64,000 nucleotides of DNA from Styela clava (Eukaryota). The notes below the pieces were generated by a model, which saw nothing but the letters and a program-made list of their open reading frames with translations, was not told where the DNA came from and made no database searches. Made by a program: the position numbers and the translations under genes. How positions within the stretch are numbered: position 1 is the stretch's first letter; the number at the start of each line of letters is the position of its first letter. Positions 11,113-25,189 of this stretch are shown in pieces. The stretch is taken from positions 1,488,001-1,552,000 of the forward strand of contig NC_135257.1 of NCBI RefSeq assembly GCF_964204865.1, read 5' to 3'.

Positions 11113-12715
11113 ATGGTTGTTGGTGGGTGATCCATGACCGGAATCCACAAATCTTCACAATGAGGAAACGTGAGACCATACTCCTGGGTTTCCGTGAATG
11201 AAACATCCGAGCGTATTGAAAACCTAACTCCTTCAGCTTTGGTGGGAGTGGAAAATAAACGAAGTTGTAGCAATCTATACGCATGTACCTAATAGTAAAT
11301 AGGAGATATTCTTAATCTGGTTTTGGTCATGTCTATACTTTGGGAAAGTTGCTAAAAGTTCATCAGCATTTGTACCGGATCATCAATATGTATTGGCAGT
11401 GATTTTACATTGCTGGAGACGAATAAAATCTTGTGAAATATACTGAGATAAAACAATCCCAACGATAGAGAACTCTACATATTTAGTTGTAATGGACGTA
11501 AAGTTGTAGGCAAACTAAAAGATTCCAATGATGGCAAGTTTGGACAGAAGGTATGGCCTTTTTAATCAAGGCACGTTTGGAATGAGTAGGAGATGGTTTA
11601 CCATATTTACATTGTATGTATGAATCACTCCGGTATGGAGAATAACATACTGAGCCCAAGTTATCATATAGCATTGGTAATTTTGATAAAATAAAATGAA
11701 GGCATAATAAAAAATAGTCTAACCTATTGATTTTTTAAAAACCCTATTCTTGAATTTTATTCTGAATTTTCCATCTGAATTCCATAAATACGCGTAACCA
11801 CGTTATTTTTTAGAGCTTCTGCTTCGAAAAATAAATTCTTGTGGCGATTGGTCCGGTTTTCAGAAATAAAAACTTTGAAAATGTCTTTATTATTCGTTGT
11901 GTTAGAAGCAGACTTCCAATTTTCACGGTCATCGACGATTTTCTGACGAATTCTCCCACAAGTAATTGGAGCAAGGATTGGGGGTGATTTTTTGATTGCG
12001 AGTAGGAAACCAACGTCTAAAAGAGATGTCACTAGGTTAAAAATTCACTTTTATAAGTTTTAAAATCTTCAACACCAGTTTGTCAGTATCTTCATTTGGT
12101 ATTCGTAGTTACCAGAAATCCAGGATACGGTCTTCTAAATATTGATTTGTTGTTTTGGCATTTTGATTGGACATCCACAATTTTGGTGTATTACCAGATG
12201 GTCAAACGTCTTAGATTGCAAAATTTGAGAATTTTTGGTAATAAGGGACGTGAGCCCCACTCCCTAATCACAAATCGATGCGTGCTGGAGTTGTATAGAT
12301 TGTCGAGTTTACAATCTTCACATACATGTTCATCGTGTCTGCGCCTAAAAGAGCAAGATTAGATAATAATGATACACAAGACGTGGGGACCAGGTAAGAC
12401 GATTATTCAATATCAATCCATTTAAGCTCCTAATTTCTCGTAAATATAAATCGGATGAATGTAACTGGAAAGACTCAAATTTGAAGATAATAAAAACTCA
12501 ATTTTGAATGAATAACGGTGTCTTCAACTGTATCAACATATTCTCTGTGATTTGGCAAAATTTGTAATATAGGACTATAATTTAAGTCACAAAATGCAGT
12601 TTCATTAATTAGGCAATGTTTTACAATGGATTAAGTGGCAAAGGCTTCCCTAATCAATAAGATATGACTTCCCGTCACGTGGGATTAGTAGAAAGTGATC
12701 AATCTGCTGCTTTTA

Positions 12716-12990
12716 TTGGACACGTCAGTGGACATAACGATCGTTTCGATATTATGTTGTTGTTCTTGTTTTTCTTCTCTTTCGTCATGATAAAATCGCT
12801 TTTCTTTTCGAATACTGGACCAATAGCTTTGAAATTTTCAGTGGTTAAAGATTAATTTTTCCGCCAGAAGGCTATTACTTTTGCATATTTCAAAAATTTC
12901 TGTGGACTTGAGATTCGTTTTTTATATGTCAGAATAAAAAATAGCGACACCTTGTGATGTGTCCATGTATTTGAGCATAGCTCTCTTGTT
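12716..12990 (-). mobile_element. HINE-like repeat, family 2
   Basis: Ends in gtcca..tttgagcatagctctcttgtt with sub-terminal tggacac/gtgtcca; second copy at 15871-16712 is split by a family B insertion. Confidence 0.6.
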
Positions 12991-15139
12991 CTCTAAATGC
13001 TGCCCTGCCCGTTTGATGAATTACAGCGCCATTTGAACACTATTTCGATCTCGATAGAAAGAAATTTTTTTCGACACTGGACAGTAGAGGATTGTTCGTG
13101 GAAATGGAATAAAATAAAAGTGACTTGTCACAGACATGCAATAGAAATATTGAAATGCTATGATCTAAGAGGTTTAACATTTTATATTAAATGCACACAA
13201 CTATGACTTGGATGGCTTCAAATAATTTGTACTCGCGTACACACGTCGTAACCAAAATGCCAACCAGGCGACAATCCCTCTTATACTATTTGTCCTTTGT
13301 ATACCATAGATCTGACATTGTATACTGTTGTTGAAATGTTTCACTTTCGTGTCCATATAATTGAACAATGCTTTCTGTACCTACAGGTCTACCATTTCAC
13401 TTGTAACCCTTTCATTCATGACTTTTTCGTTTACAACATTAATCAACGTTACAACGAAATGCGCCATAAGTTCTCCAAGTACCGAAAAAGCTCCCATTTC
13501 CAGTTCGAGCATAAATATTTTGCCTTCTATACTTGTCCACACAACCTGCAAAAAAAAAATTTTTTATTGATAGAAGATGCCTAAATATATTCATATCGCT
13601 GGATTGAGATCTATTGTATAGTCTTGTTAAGATGGGGACATTGATAAAGATTGTCGTACTAGTTCTTTTCTAGATAATGATGAAGATTTTGCAACTAGAG
13701 ACTCAAATGTGCACAGATTCAATTGATTCTTCCAGTATATTTCCAAATACCTAGTGGTTTCAGAATTGAATCTCGAATACTTGAAATATTGGTGATGGAA
13801 TTACTAAAAACATACAATCATTCACTTAGAGTACAGTTGGTTGTGTGTTCACACAGAATAAGAAACCTGTGTCATAAATAAATCACTCGTATGTAAAACA
13901 AATATGCCTCAACGAAAAAATAGACGGACCTCGATCTTTGGTGAACGAAAAAAAAACATGGCGGCGATCCAAAATTTTCGTCTGGACCGATTCCAAAAAT
14001 TCACTATTCGATTTAAAATGCCAAGCTCTGTTTGCAATCTTAAAAATTAAACGCATAGCAAGATTCATCATCAACATGATTTTCATTTTCTAGATCATAC
14101 TTTGCTTTCACGCATGAACTTCAAGAAGGAGACAGGGTCGAAGACTAGTACGCCATTTTGTAGGATTCTCCTCTGTGTGCTTCTCCCCTGTAGAATCAGA
14201 ATTACTTTTATTTCGTACAAAATCCAATCCATATCCTACTGCAAATACTTGTCTCATTCGACATACAAGAATTGCAATAAAATAACCGCAGGAGATTTTA
14301 CAACGATTTACACCAATTTCATGAGCGATTGAAAATATTTTTTTCAAGCGACAAATGCATTCTATTTTCCAATGCTTTGTATAAATCAGAAGTCCGACTT
14401 TTTGTATTGAATACAACTTGGTCTGTTCTGCAAGTTAAGACTTTAAACTGTCATCAAAAAAGCTTTAAAATAGCGGATTGGGTAAGAGCAACTCCTAAAG
14501 TTGCGTGTAATATATAACCAGGGGAGTGACTAGGTGGTGACCAGAACGTTATGGGGCGAGGTTGTTGCTTAGTTTGATGATTAAAATAATGATAATACAA
14601 ACATTCAACTCTTACTTGACCTTTGATTGATTCATTCTCATGTATACCACTGTATCTATAATTTGTTTATCCCTCTTATTATTTTTGAAGTTAGGTATAA
14701 GGGGAGAAACTCGCCCCGCGTAGCAGAAAAGTTTGACACGCCCCTGCATGTGAAGCAAGCCATTTTCTGTGGCGCATTCGTATTACAGCATGTATTTTTA
14801 TCTAATGCCTTCAATACCTGTCCCAGTGAATGCAAGATACGAGACCCATTTCTTGATTTTCAATAAATTACGCAAATATTCTACAAAATTGAAAAATAGA
14901 TAAAATATAATATTTTAAACTCTAAGCAGTGTGTGTGCTAAATGCATGTCTTGTTTCTTCAATTTAGTTGTTTAAATAAACATTTGTGGGCGATTCTCCA
15001 TGAATTGTACGACCTCTTAGCAAAATAAAGAAAGTGAAATAGTTCCCGAAAATTGATATCGCCATCCCATAATTTCATGATGCTGTTTGTCAACAATTAC
15101 CAAAGCAATGTAAAGCATTCAAGCATTGTTCCAGAACTA

Positions 15140-15420
15140 TACTGTTTGTCTGTTAGACACTTTCGTATGTTACGCGATATCTCGCGAAAGCGAGGTTGAA
15201 TCTGCTCTAAATTTTGCATGTGCATTCATCATATCTCGGACTAGAAGCCTATTTTGGATGAATTATGTTGCATAATTAGCGAATTATCAATTAATTAGTG
15301 ATGTGACACACGGTGTCACTATGGAGTAAGAGCGAATGATGCAAAACCGCAGTTTCTGTTTTGGAGATCCCCTAACATTCGATCGATGGGCTTCGGTCTC
15401 CGACCGATATTCTCGTTTAT
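15140..15420 (-). mobile_element. HINE-like family 1 copy
   Basis: Reverse-complement similarity to 7560-7880. Confidence 0.65.
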
Positions 15421-15892
15421 ATATTTGTTTCATTTTGTGACTCCTTCTGAGATAATCAGTATTGTTTTCCCCGTCTCTCATCACCATTTTGTTTTATTGT
15501 ACATTGTGTAAGTCTATGTAGGCCTACTGAGCGTATCTTATATGCGGTTTAAAAATTTTAAAATTTGTAGCAAGGCTACGTCGGGGGACAAAAAGACATC
15601 TATACCTGAATTTAGGTAACGCAATCAAAAATTGACAAATAACCAACAAAACCACGAAAGCAATCCAACGTTTACTCCCAAGCTCCAGCGCCGAAGGCCT
15701 GTTTGGGTGGGAAAAGCTTTTCTGTGTGGCCGGTAATTTGAATTGGCACGCCACAATTGACATTTTGCTGATTAGTTAATGATAAAGAAGTAGACGAGTG
15801 AGTCGATGCTCAGAAAAAAACATCGATTCCTTAACCCGTAATGAATCCCTTATATTAAAAATATTGTTTTTTGGACATGTGGGTGACCTATG

Positions 15893-16461
15893 GAGGCGCA
15901 GTTCTTACCACTTCATGGCAGCTCTTGCCACGAGCGTACCCCGCTGTCTCCTGCCATGGTGTTGTGGCGCTATTACCGGTGTATTTACTAAGTCATGTAC
16001 AATATTTTAGTTTATCATGCCAAATTATATCTACTTAAATCTAAACCTAACCCCAAATTCACCCAAACTGTATCCATAAGAAAAACGTTCCAACTTACCC
16101 AATATTTATCACCATCAGGGGCAGCCTTGCTATTACAGACACCTCAATGATTACAGCCGACATGCTGTGGTTACGGCAGCAAAATTGGCGGCATTCGATT
16201 TGCTGCCGTTACGACCATTGAGGTGATACACCCAAAGTGTAGTCACTTTGGATACACCTCAATGGTTACGACGGCAGCTCGCTGTTGGTTTGTGGCATTA
16301 CACCTCAGTGGTTTGTGGCAGATAAAAAGTCAGTCGCCGTGGGTTTGGTCATAGCGGTTATGGTTGGGATATCTCGCCCATTGAGGTGTATATACCCACA
16401 ATGATCTCGCCATGGTTTTGCGGCACTTCTAGACGCCACGAAATACTTGAAACTGCACTTG
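15893..16461 (+). mobile_element. Non-autonomous DNA transposon, family B, nested in a family 2 repeat
   Basis: GAGGCGCAGTT...AACTGCACTTG ends; TSD acctatg; homologous to 57716-58182 and 58729-59202. Confidence 0.8.
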
Positions 16462-17066
16462 ACCTATGGATCGTTTTCATGTTTTTGGTAATCTTGTTCT
16501 TGTTGGACTTCATCTTTGTATCGTTTTTTAAAAAATCGCTTCTCTCCTTTATTACTAAACCAATTGCTTTAAAATTTTTAAAGAGTAAAGATTATATTTT
16601 TAGCTAGAAGGCTTACTTTTATTTATCGTTTTTTTTGTGTGCTATAACGCCATCAAAATTTGCCCTTATGTGGCGTCACGTGTCCATATATTTGAGCATA
16701 GCTCTCTTGTTTTATTTTGTGCTAGATTCAGCCTCCAGAAATATTCATTTATATACCTTATTTATACAACTCAATGACCTATCCGTAGTAGTATATATTT
16801 ACGCCTTATCATATCATAAGTCAAATGTGACAAAATATTTTTTTTCTCTGACGTCCGGACGTAAAGTCTTATTTTTTCTGCTGAAAATCTGTCAAAATGA
16901 CATCGGTGTACCGGTATGAGATGTGCATTTTAATTGCGGGAATGTACCACTGCTGCACTGCGTGATTCGCGGGACGACGCTTGAGCGCCTGTGGTAATTA
17001 TAGCACTTCTGAAGATAAGAGGCTCGAGAACAAACAATAATCAACAATAGAACCGGTGCGTAATAC

Positions 17067-18099
17067 CCAGACTGGATTCCATGGCAGGTGCACGCCCGAG
17101 GGCGCTAGCGCTCCGCAAAAATGCTCGCGAGCGAAATCAATTTTGCACGCCGAAAATTTGCAATTGCTCACCAATGTAAATCGGTTTAAATGGTTTTAAA
17201 ATCAATAATCCAGTAATATAAAGATGCCAAAATATTATACCTCCACAATTGTCGACAAATACCAGCTTGCAAGATTTGGTCTGATCGAAATATTGCGAAG
17301 CAAAAAGACCATGGAGTATGGACCTTTCCCCAACCTTTGACCCGCGAAAAATTCCTCTCATTGTTACATCCTTTTTTGCATCTTGCTGATTGGCCAATGT
17401 CACGAAGTAAACAAGGAAGTCGATGCTCGGGGAAAGGTCCATATCGTGTTGAATGATAGGAAATAGGAATCCCGTGAGAATAGTTATGGACGAAAAGATC
17501 GCCTCCGCACCAATGGCCAAGTACGGCTCTGATTCAGCGTATTTTTCATACAATAATTTTACACGAATGTACTGAACAGTACCGGTATCTAAAGTTGCTC
17601 AAACACTCCCAAAATTAGTGACAAAGTATGAAAATAATGTTTGGGGTCAAAGATCAAACGTCCATTTTGCTCTAATTTGACGTATTTTTTATCCATTAAT
17701 TCTACGTAAAAACACTACCAAAATTAATGACAAAGTATGTCCATTTTGCTCTGGTTCAACGTATTTTTTATCCAATAATTTTACGCGGATGTACTGAACA
17801 GTACCGGTATCCAAAGTCGCACAAACACTCTCAAAATTAGCGACAAACTGTAGAAATAATGTTTGGGGTCAAAGGTCAAACGTCCATTTTTTCTCTGATT
17901 CAACGTATTTTTTATCCGATACCGGTAATTTTACGCGGATGTATTGAGAGGTATCTGATGTCAAAGTCAGTTGCACGCGAGTGCAGTTGTTTTGCACGTC
18001 GTGAGCTATAATTGCACGCCAGGAATTCTTATTTGCACGCGGGAATTTCTGATTGCACGCCCGATTTCTCGTTCAAAAAGGCCATGAAATCCAGACTGG
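17067..18099. mobile_element. ~1-kb non-autonomous DNA transposon with 8-bp TSD (hAT-like) just upstream of RCC1
   Basis: TIR CCAGACTGGATTCCATGGC / GCCATGAAATCCAGACTGG; TSD cgtaatac; sub-terminal ttgcacgc motifs; internal tandem repeats ~17520-17960. Confidence 0.85.
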
Positions 18100-18549
18100 C
18101 GTAATACTGATAAACCGTTCCAGCATTCCCGTCTCCAGATTGCATTTTACTAAGTAAATCCAATAGTATTCGCAATACCAGAATGCAGTAATACGACTTG
18201 CAGAATATTTTAAACTGTCGTAGTTAAGCTACGGTAGGTGTTAATCACTGACTTATGAAGGCAGTTTTTAATGGTCAGTTGACTGTTTATGGTAGCGACT
18301 GTGGTACCTATACGTCTGTACGTAGCCTACAACCTACGGTACTACATACCGTAATAACTCTAATTCTGGTGAGAATGAATCGGTACTTGTAGCTAAGTTA
18401 GACTATAGCCCAACTGTTTTTTAAAGTTCTAAAAGACAAAGTACCGTACTGCGCTGCCCAGGACAGTATTAAGCTTATCTTATAACGGGATATTATCAAA
18501 CTTTAGATTGTTACCGGTAGACTATAACTGTAATTGTTTTGAAAAGAAA

Positions 18550-21500
18550 ATGGTTCGCAAATTATCAACTAAAGATGTGGGTAAAACTGAAGAACCAAAG
18601 AAATCTCGAGGGAGACCAAGGAAAAGTGAGGCTATTTGTATTTTTTAACCAAGTCCTGAAGTTGAATTTTTTCTATGGCAAAAACCTATTTTCAGATTTT
18701 ATTCTATAACCAGATAACAATTTTCAGATTTTTGAGAGAAAGTACTCAAAAATCACACCATAGTTTATTATGACTGTATGGTGGTACAGTAGGAACAATA
18801 TTTTATTAAAATTTTTTGCAATTTTTACCAGTTTCTGCAGTTGAGAAAGGCTCAAACTCTGGGAAGCGTAAACTCAGTAAATCCGTTTCTGAGGAACCAA
18901 GAATAAAACAGAAGAAGATAGAAGGTAATAATATTTATTCCTATATATATATCACAGATAACATAGACCACATGCTGATATGAGATACTGGCTGTATTTG
19001 AATCGACACCTCTGTAGCCTATATAAAACTTTGATAAAATATATTGGTTACAAAAAAGTTTTAGGCATGAGTGAATGACTGGTCCTTTGAATTTTGCATC
19101 CATTAGATCACCAATTTTTATATGTGTAATAAATATAAGTTGGTAGAAATGCTCATATTTTTCATTCCACTTTTTTTTCAAAAGTACATTGTAGCAACAA
19201 AACGATATTTTGTAGTCTGACACTCTACTTTTGACTTTCAGTTCCCAATTTATTTGAATTGGCTTCTGTGGGAGTAGCTCTAACATTGGGACAAGGAGAT
19301 ACAGGCCAACTGGGACTAGGAGAAGATATAATGGAACGAAAAAAGCCTGCTTTGGTGAGAGGAGAACTTGATGGAAAAAAGATCAAGAAAATTATTGGCG
19401 GAGGAATGCACACTGTTTGTTTGACTGACGATCATAAGGTATAGCTAAAAATCATATATATATACCGTAACTCTGAAAGTCTGAATATGACTTGAAACTG
19501 AAGAAGGTTGTTGGACACTCCAGTTAAAAGTTATTTGCACCATGGTTGATCAGTTATTTCGAACTACCTTGCAATCTACCTTGCCTGAGTTAAATGAAAA
19601 ATTCTATCCTCTGCTATTTTAATATTGTCGGTTTCTCACTCACATGTTATTTATATAATTTTGGACATTAACACCCATGGATTTATAATCGTAGGTTTAC
19701 TCATTCGGTTGCAATGATGAGGGGGCATTAGGAAGATTAACATCTGACGATTCAGAAGGATTTGAACCTAAAATTGTCGGTGGAAGTTTAGAAGGAGTAA
19801 AAGTAATTGATATATCTGCTGGTGATAGTCACTGTGCTGCTTTATCAGAAGATGGAAATGTATTTTTATGGGGCTGTTTTCGAGTAAGTATAAAAAATTA
19901 TTTTAATTTATTATTTTTAAACAAAGACAACTGCAGAACAAGCAGGTATTAGGTAGCCTATGTTATAGGATTCTGAAAACATATAGGACTCTGAAAACAT
20001 AGACGCTAATTTTTGTTCGGTGCAAATTTAATTGGGCCCCAATTGTTCATAAAAATTAATGATCATGTCGAATCTTTTCAATCGAGTTTATAAATTTCTT
20101 GTGATTACAAGATTTAGGATGTTTCATTTTTGTTCAATTGTTTTCAGGATAATCACGGCAGACTGGGTTTAGCTAAGGAATGGGAAAAGTGTGGCGAGCC
20201 AATCAAATTAGACCAAATTCAAAATTGTGTTGTAGCAATTGCCTCTGGATGTGACCATGTTGCAATGATCACTGACGAGGGAAAGGTTTGTCATTTCAAA
20301 TTTTCTCTAATATTCATTCAGTTGAACCTTTGTATCTTCAGAACTAAATCTGTTGAAAGCAAATTGAATTTTTTCAATTTATCTGGAAATCGTGGGTTCG
20401 TTTGTTTCACGAGTTGAGTATTTGCCAATGTACATCAATTAACTTTAACATTCTCTCGTTCAAACCCTAAGTGTAATGAATTAAGTAGGGCAATATTAAG
20501 TAAGGCAATGCCTAAGCAGCCTAATTTGATCTTGCACTGTGAAGTTATGTTACGTTATGTAGGCATTCAATTTTCATAGACAGCAAAAATATTATTTCTT
20601 TGCTTGTGTGCTTATTCATTAGAAAAAATGCATGCTACTTTTTTTGAGACATATTACCGGTTTTCAAACTAATATTACAATACTTCACAGGTATTTACAT
20701 TAGGTTGTGGTGAGCAAGGACAACTTGGAAGATTGAGTAAATACGCATTAAGTAGAGGTGGAAGGAAAAGTGCAGGTAAGAATGAAGTGATACAATATGA
20801 TAAATTAGTCATTGATTGCTAACAATCTTAGACCCAAGCACCCATATATAATCATCATCACCAAAATGCTCACTGTCATTATTGAGATAGCAAATATGAC
20901 GGAATCTCTTCATGAATTAGTGTAATAGCAACTTTCATCTAGTCCACCGCAATCTCTATGAAGCCTTATTGTGACCCACCAGGGGAGGGGTCAGGACACC
21001 CAGTTTAAGAAACCAAATCTAGTCTTAAGTCTGTCAGACTCAAACAGAGGTTCCTCGTCCAAGTTACAAGTAGAGCTAGGAAAGCAGATTATTTACTTAC
21101 CAAGTTCAATGTTCCAAATTGATGGTCATGGCAGACTTCTAGATAAATTTAATAATACAGAGAAGTGAGAGAACAGAATAATAATAATATTCTACAGATG
21201 AAGTCTCATCTTCTAGTACTACAGCAAATCCAGAAGTACCCATGCCAAGAAGCAGTTTGCGTGAAAGATTAAGTTTTGCAGGTATAATGCGGTTTTACAG
21301 TTGAGATGGTTTTATCTTTACAAAAGATTTGTCATAAAATGTGATTTGGATATCGACTTAGAAAATTACTATATGAGTTGAATGGTAGTTCATTAGAACA
21401 GTCTGAATCTGAATATTTTGCTTGAATGCAGAGCTAATGGTTATAAATCCCTTGGACAGCAAGATTCAGGTTTAAAGGATAGTTTCTGATTGATTTCTGT

Positions 21501-24285
21501 AGATTTAATACAAAGATAGTAATGAATTGATTTATTTTAGGGTGTGTTTATCAAACAGGATTGGTAATTGTATTACTGATACTTCAGTCAGATGGATAAA
21601 GACCGCCCGTGGGTTCGAATTATATAGACAATTGGGTTATATAGACAATTTGAATGCCTGATTAGCCTTGGCAAAAGCTTGTAATTGCTCATTGTTTGAG
21701 TGTGCCTAAGCTTAACCTACAGTAACTTATGATGAATGTCTATTTGAAAACTAAGCAATGCAATAGATTGAGAACGTGATTATCAGTTGGAGGGTCTTGT
21801 TTGTTTGATTTTCAAAAATGGGAAAATCAATTCCTGGTTTCTTGTTTGTTTGATTTTCAAAAAATGGGAAAATCAATTCCTGGTTTTGATTTTCTGGTAT
21901 ATTATATTATGATGTAACAAACTAACAATACTATGACTACTATTAGACTCAAATTCAACAGAATTCAAATAATGCATAATTCAAACAAGCAGGACTAATG
22001 TAATACCGATTCGACAACAGGCTGGGCTTGAGCTGTGTGGTCTGTTGGTTATCACCTTCTCTCATTTGGATTTTGAATTGAATCAAATTTTGAACGTTCT
22101 TTTGTATCATTTTATTTACGATATATATTATTCTCTCTTTTATAAGAAGAACGATGTCTACGTCCTAAACCTGTAACAGTGCCGAAAATAAAGGGGAAGT
22201 CAGGAAAACCAATGTTTTGTGAAGTTTATTGTGGATCATATTGTACATATATAGTTTCAACGGATGGAGATGTTTTTGGGTTCGGTCTTAATAATTATCA
22301 TCAGTTAGGTAAGTTTAAGCATGCTTGCAATATTTGTAACTTTATATATGAGTAATTGTGTTTTCAAGCCTTAAAATTAATTTCAATGTTTAGAGTGAAT
22401 AGATTTTGCAATATAATTATGTAGTCATGCCAAGTTGCAACTTTATAACAAATTATTTATGTTGAGTTATCTTCAAAAGATTTGTTACATGCATAGAGTA
22501 TCTCTATTTTATCTTCCTGTAAATATCAGATTTTTCGACTTTCACTTGGCACCACTACTTAGCTGCTTAGATAAAGACTTAGAAGAACATTATTATGATT
22601 CTAAGACAATTATTAACTCCAAAGATTTCTACTCCTGATCTGAATTTTAATTAATAATTGTAATTTTTTTTATATCAGGTATACCAGATGGAGAAAGCAG
22701 GTATATGCCAGTTTACATTCCCACATTTTCTGAAAAGAAATGGAGATCAATATCCGGTGGATTGCATCATTCTATGTTACTGGATGAGCATGGTAAGTTT
22801 CAGCTTATTTCTTTATAAAATCTGAAATCAATTTCCTGTTTTTGTGGGACCTTGCTTTGAGGAAACTTTTAGCTGATTACCTTCATTAAGATTTAAATTA
22901 CAAGTTTGGGAAACAGTTCAGTTATAAAATATATTATCGACGCTCCAGAAGTGTGTGTACCAGTTTGGAGGTAACCAATTTTGTTCGCCTACTTTACATC
23001 AAGTTTGTGTAAAGGGACTGAAACCTATGGGCAGAGGAATATTCACTTGGCTAACACAGACATTCCCCGAACTCGTAATGGAACTAAAATAAGGAAAATC
23101 AGAATAAAATTGTGGCCTAACCTTAACCTGGTACACATACCACAGGAGTACCCTTTTATCACCTGTAAACACTAACAACTTTTGTATTATTATTTACTAC
23201 TATGATATTGAATCCGATTTTCAATGTTTTTAATGAATCGCTGAGCAGATTATAATATGTTATTCACTTTTTCTTTTGTTATTACAGGTGATGTTTACTG
23301 TATTGGTCGAGGTGACTATGGTCGGTTAGGCCTTGGCGAAAAAGTTCTAATCGCTGATAAACCAACTAAAATTGAAGCATTACAAAATATTGTTCAAATT
23401 GGAGCAGGTCCCTGTGTATCATTTGCTGTTGATAAGAATGGGAAAGCATTTGCATGGGGAATGGGAACTAACTTTCAACTTACATCAGGTATGGAATCCA
23501 GAAACTGTTTTATTATTTATCATTTATTCAGTTTGATCTTTTTCATTTCTCTTCAGTTATATATTTTTAGCCTGTAAGTTGTAATAGACATAGGATTGTC
23601 ATACTTTAACGGTTTATTTGGTAAATGGGTAAAGTACGGGAATAATTCCCAACTCAGCAAATGTAGATGTATCATATCAAGTAAACCGAATAGGCTAGCC
23701 CTAGTACACAGAGTTTCATGTACACAAATATCCCTGAAGATTCAACAATATAGTTTTGAATACATGCTGATTTTAAATCGAACCTGTGGTGAGATAGGAA
23801 GATCCTCACAGATTTGTTCAAAACATAATTTAAAAAACAGTGTAAAATAGCTGCACTTGAAAATTGTTTATCTGGGAATTTGACATGTGATGTACTGAAC
23901 ATTCGTGCCACTGTAAAAATAGGTTTAGCTATTCCTCCATCATGCTCACATTTGCAATCTACACGGGGCCACATCCATACTGACTGATTTGAACTTGCTG
24001 GAACCTATACCCAAGCCAGCCAGGCTCATATCTGGACGAAAGAATTCATCATCATGGCTTCATTCACTATAGTTTTTTTTCTTTGCAAATGGAAAAACGT
24101 TATCTTCAGTTGAAATAATGAGATAATGAAAGTAAATGTTGTTTTCTGCAGGGGAAGAAGATGACGAGTGGACTCCTATTGAATTCCGGGGAAAACAGTT
24201 GGAAGAAAGATCGGTTATTATGGTTGGTGGCGGTGGACAACACACTGTATTACTTGCCTGTGATAAAATAGTTAATGGGGAATAA
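18550..24285 (+). CDS. RCC1: Regulator of chromosome condensation 1 (Ran GEF)
   Basis: 10 exons: 18550-18625, 18832-18924, 19242-19438, 19695-19883, 20148-20285, 20691-20775, 22147-22308, 22679-22792, 23288-23488, 24152-24285. Motifs [93 protein letters not shown]. Confidence 0.96.
21816..21888. repeat. ~43-bp tandem duplication in an RCC1 intron
   Basis: tcttgtttgtttgattttcaaaaatgggaaaatcaattcctggttt x2. Confidence 0.8.
22941..23149. mobile_element. MITE family A copy
   Basis: Reverse-complement homologue of 2899-3099. Confidence 0.75.
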
Positions 24286-25189
24286 TCCCCAACATTCAAT
24301 TCTATGCAGAGTAGTTAATTGGAATGGGAGCATAGCGCAAACAAAATGCTGAGTTGTGAAATGTACCAAAAGTGGTATCTGAATTATGTCTGTGATAACG
24401 CAGGATATTCAGTCTAATCTCAAGTGCAGTCTGTTTAGCACAATTTCTACATATTCTCACTTTTATACTTCATCACTGCCTAATTCATTTGCAAGTTCAG
24501 CTGTCTTTGTTATACCTTTCTTCAGATGGAACTGTGGAATTCCATCTTTATGAGATTTATATCAAGTTTTTCTACAAGCTAGCGCAAGTACCCTATACCT
24601 GTTCAAATTATGTGTAATGATTGTTCTTTGTTTCTTTCATTTATCTGCGCTAATTCAAGTTGCCTGATCCCAGCAGCTTGGAAGAAAATGTTCATTGATT
24701 TTATCTTTGTATTCTGGTTATTTGGAATTATTCTTTACATCTCATTTTAGTTCAGGTTTATTAAAACTAGATCAATATTGTAGTAAATTGTATTGAAAAG
24801 AAATATTCTTAAACGGTGCTCTTGTCAAGTGTTCAATTTTGGGTTTTCATTAAATTCTTTGAACATCCTGGTACAGTTATTATTATTTATTTTAAACAGA
24901 ACTTATTGTAATTTGAATTGACTCTTTCAGTGAATTCATCAAATACACCTTACTTTATATGATTTTACTGCAGAAAAACAAGCATTTTTTACAATCATAA
25001 ATGGATGTCTGAGGACTGTAAATAGGGTTAACACTGGACTGGATGGTCTAAATATTCTTCAATAAAATCATGGATCACACAAGTAAAACATCATTTCGTT
25101 AAACTGACTGTTCTATTTTTGATATAATTCTCACACCAGTTGTTTGAAATTACCGAATACACTGTTTTATCTCTTGATATTGTTCTTCT

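Noticed and set aside
17137-17553. 138-aa ORF as a transposase
   Set aside because: No recognisable transposase motif; lies inside a short non-autonomous element
18852-19286. 144-aa minus-strand ORF
   Set aside because: Antisense to RCC1 exons and an AT-rich intron; no protein-like features
20776-24151. snoRNA candidates in RCC1 introns (TGATGA at ~21729; U17-like, by analogy to the vertebrate locus)
   Set aside because: No paired C/D boxes with a terminal stem and no U17 signature motifs seen
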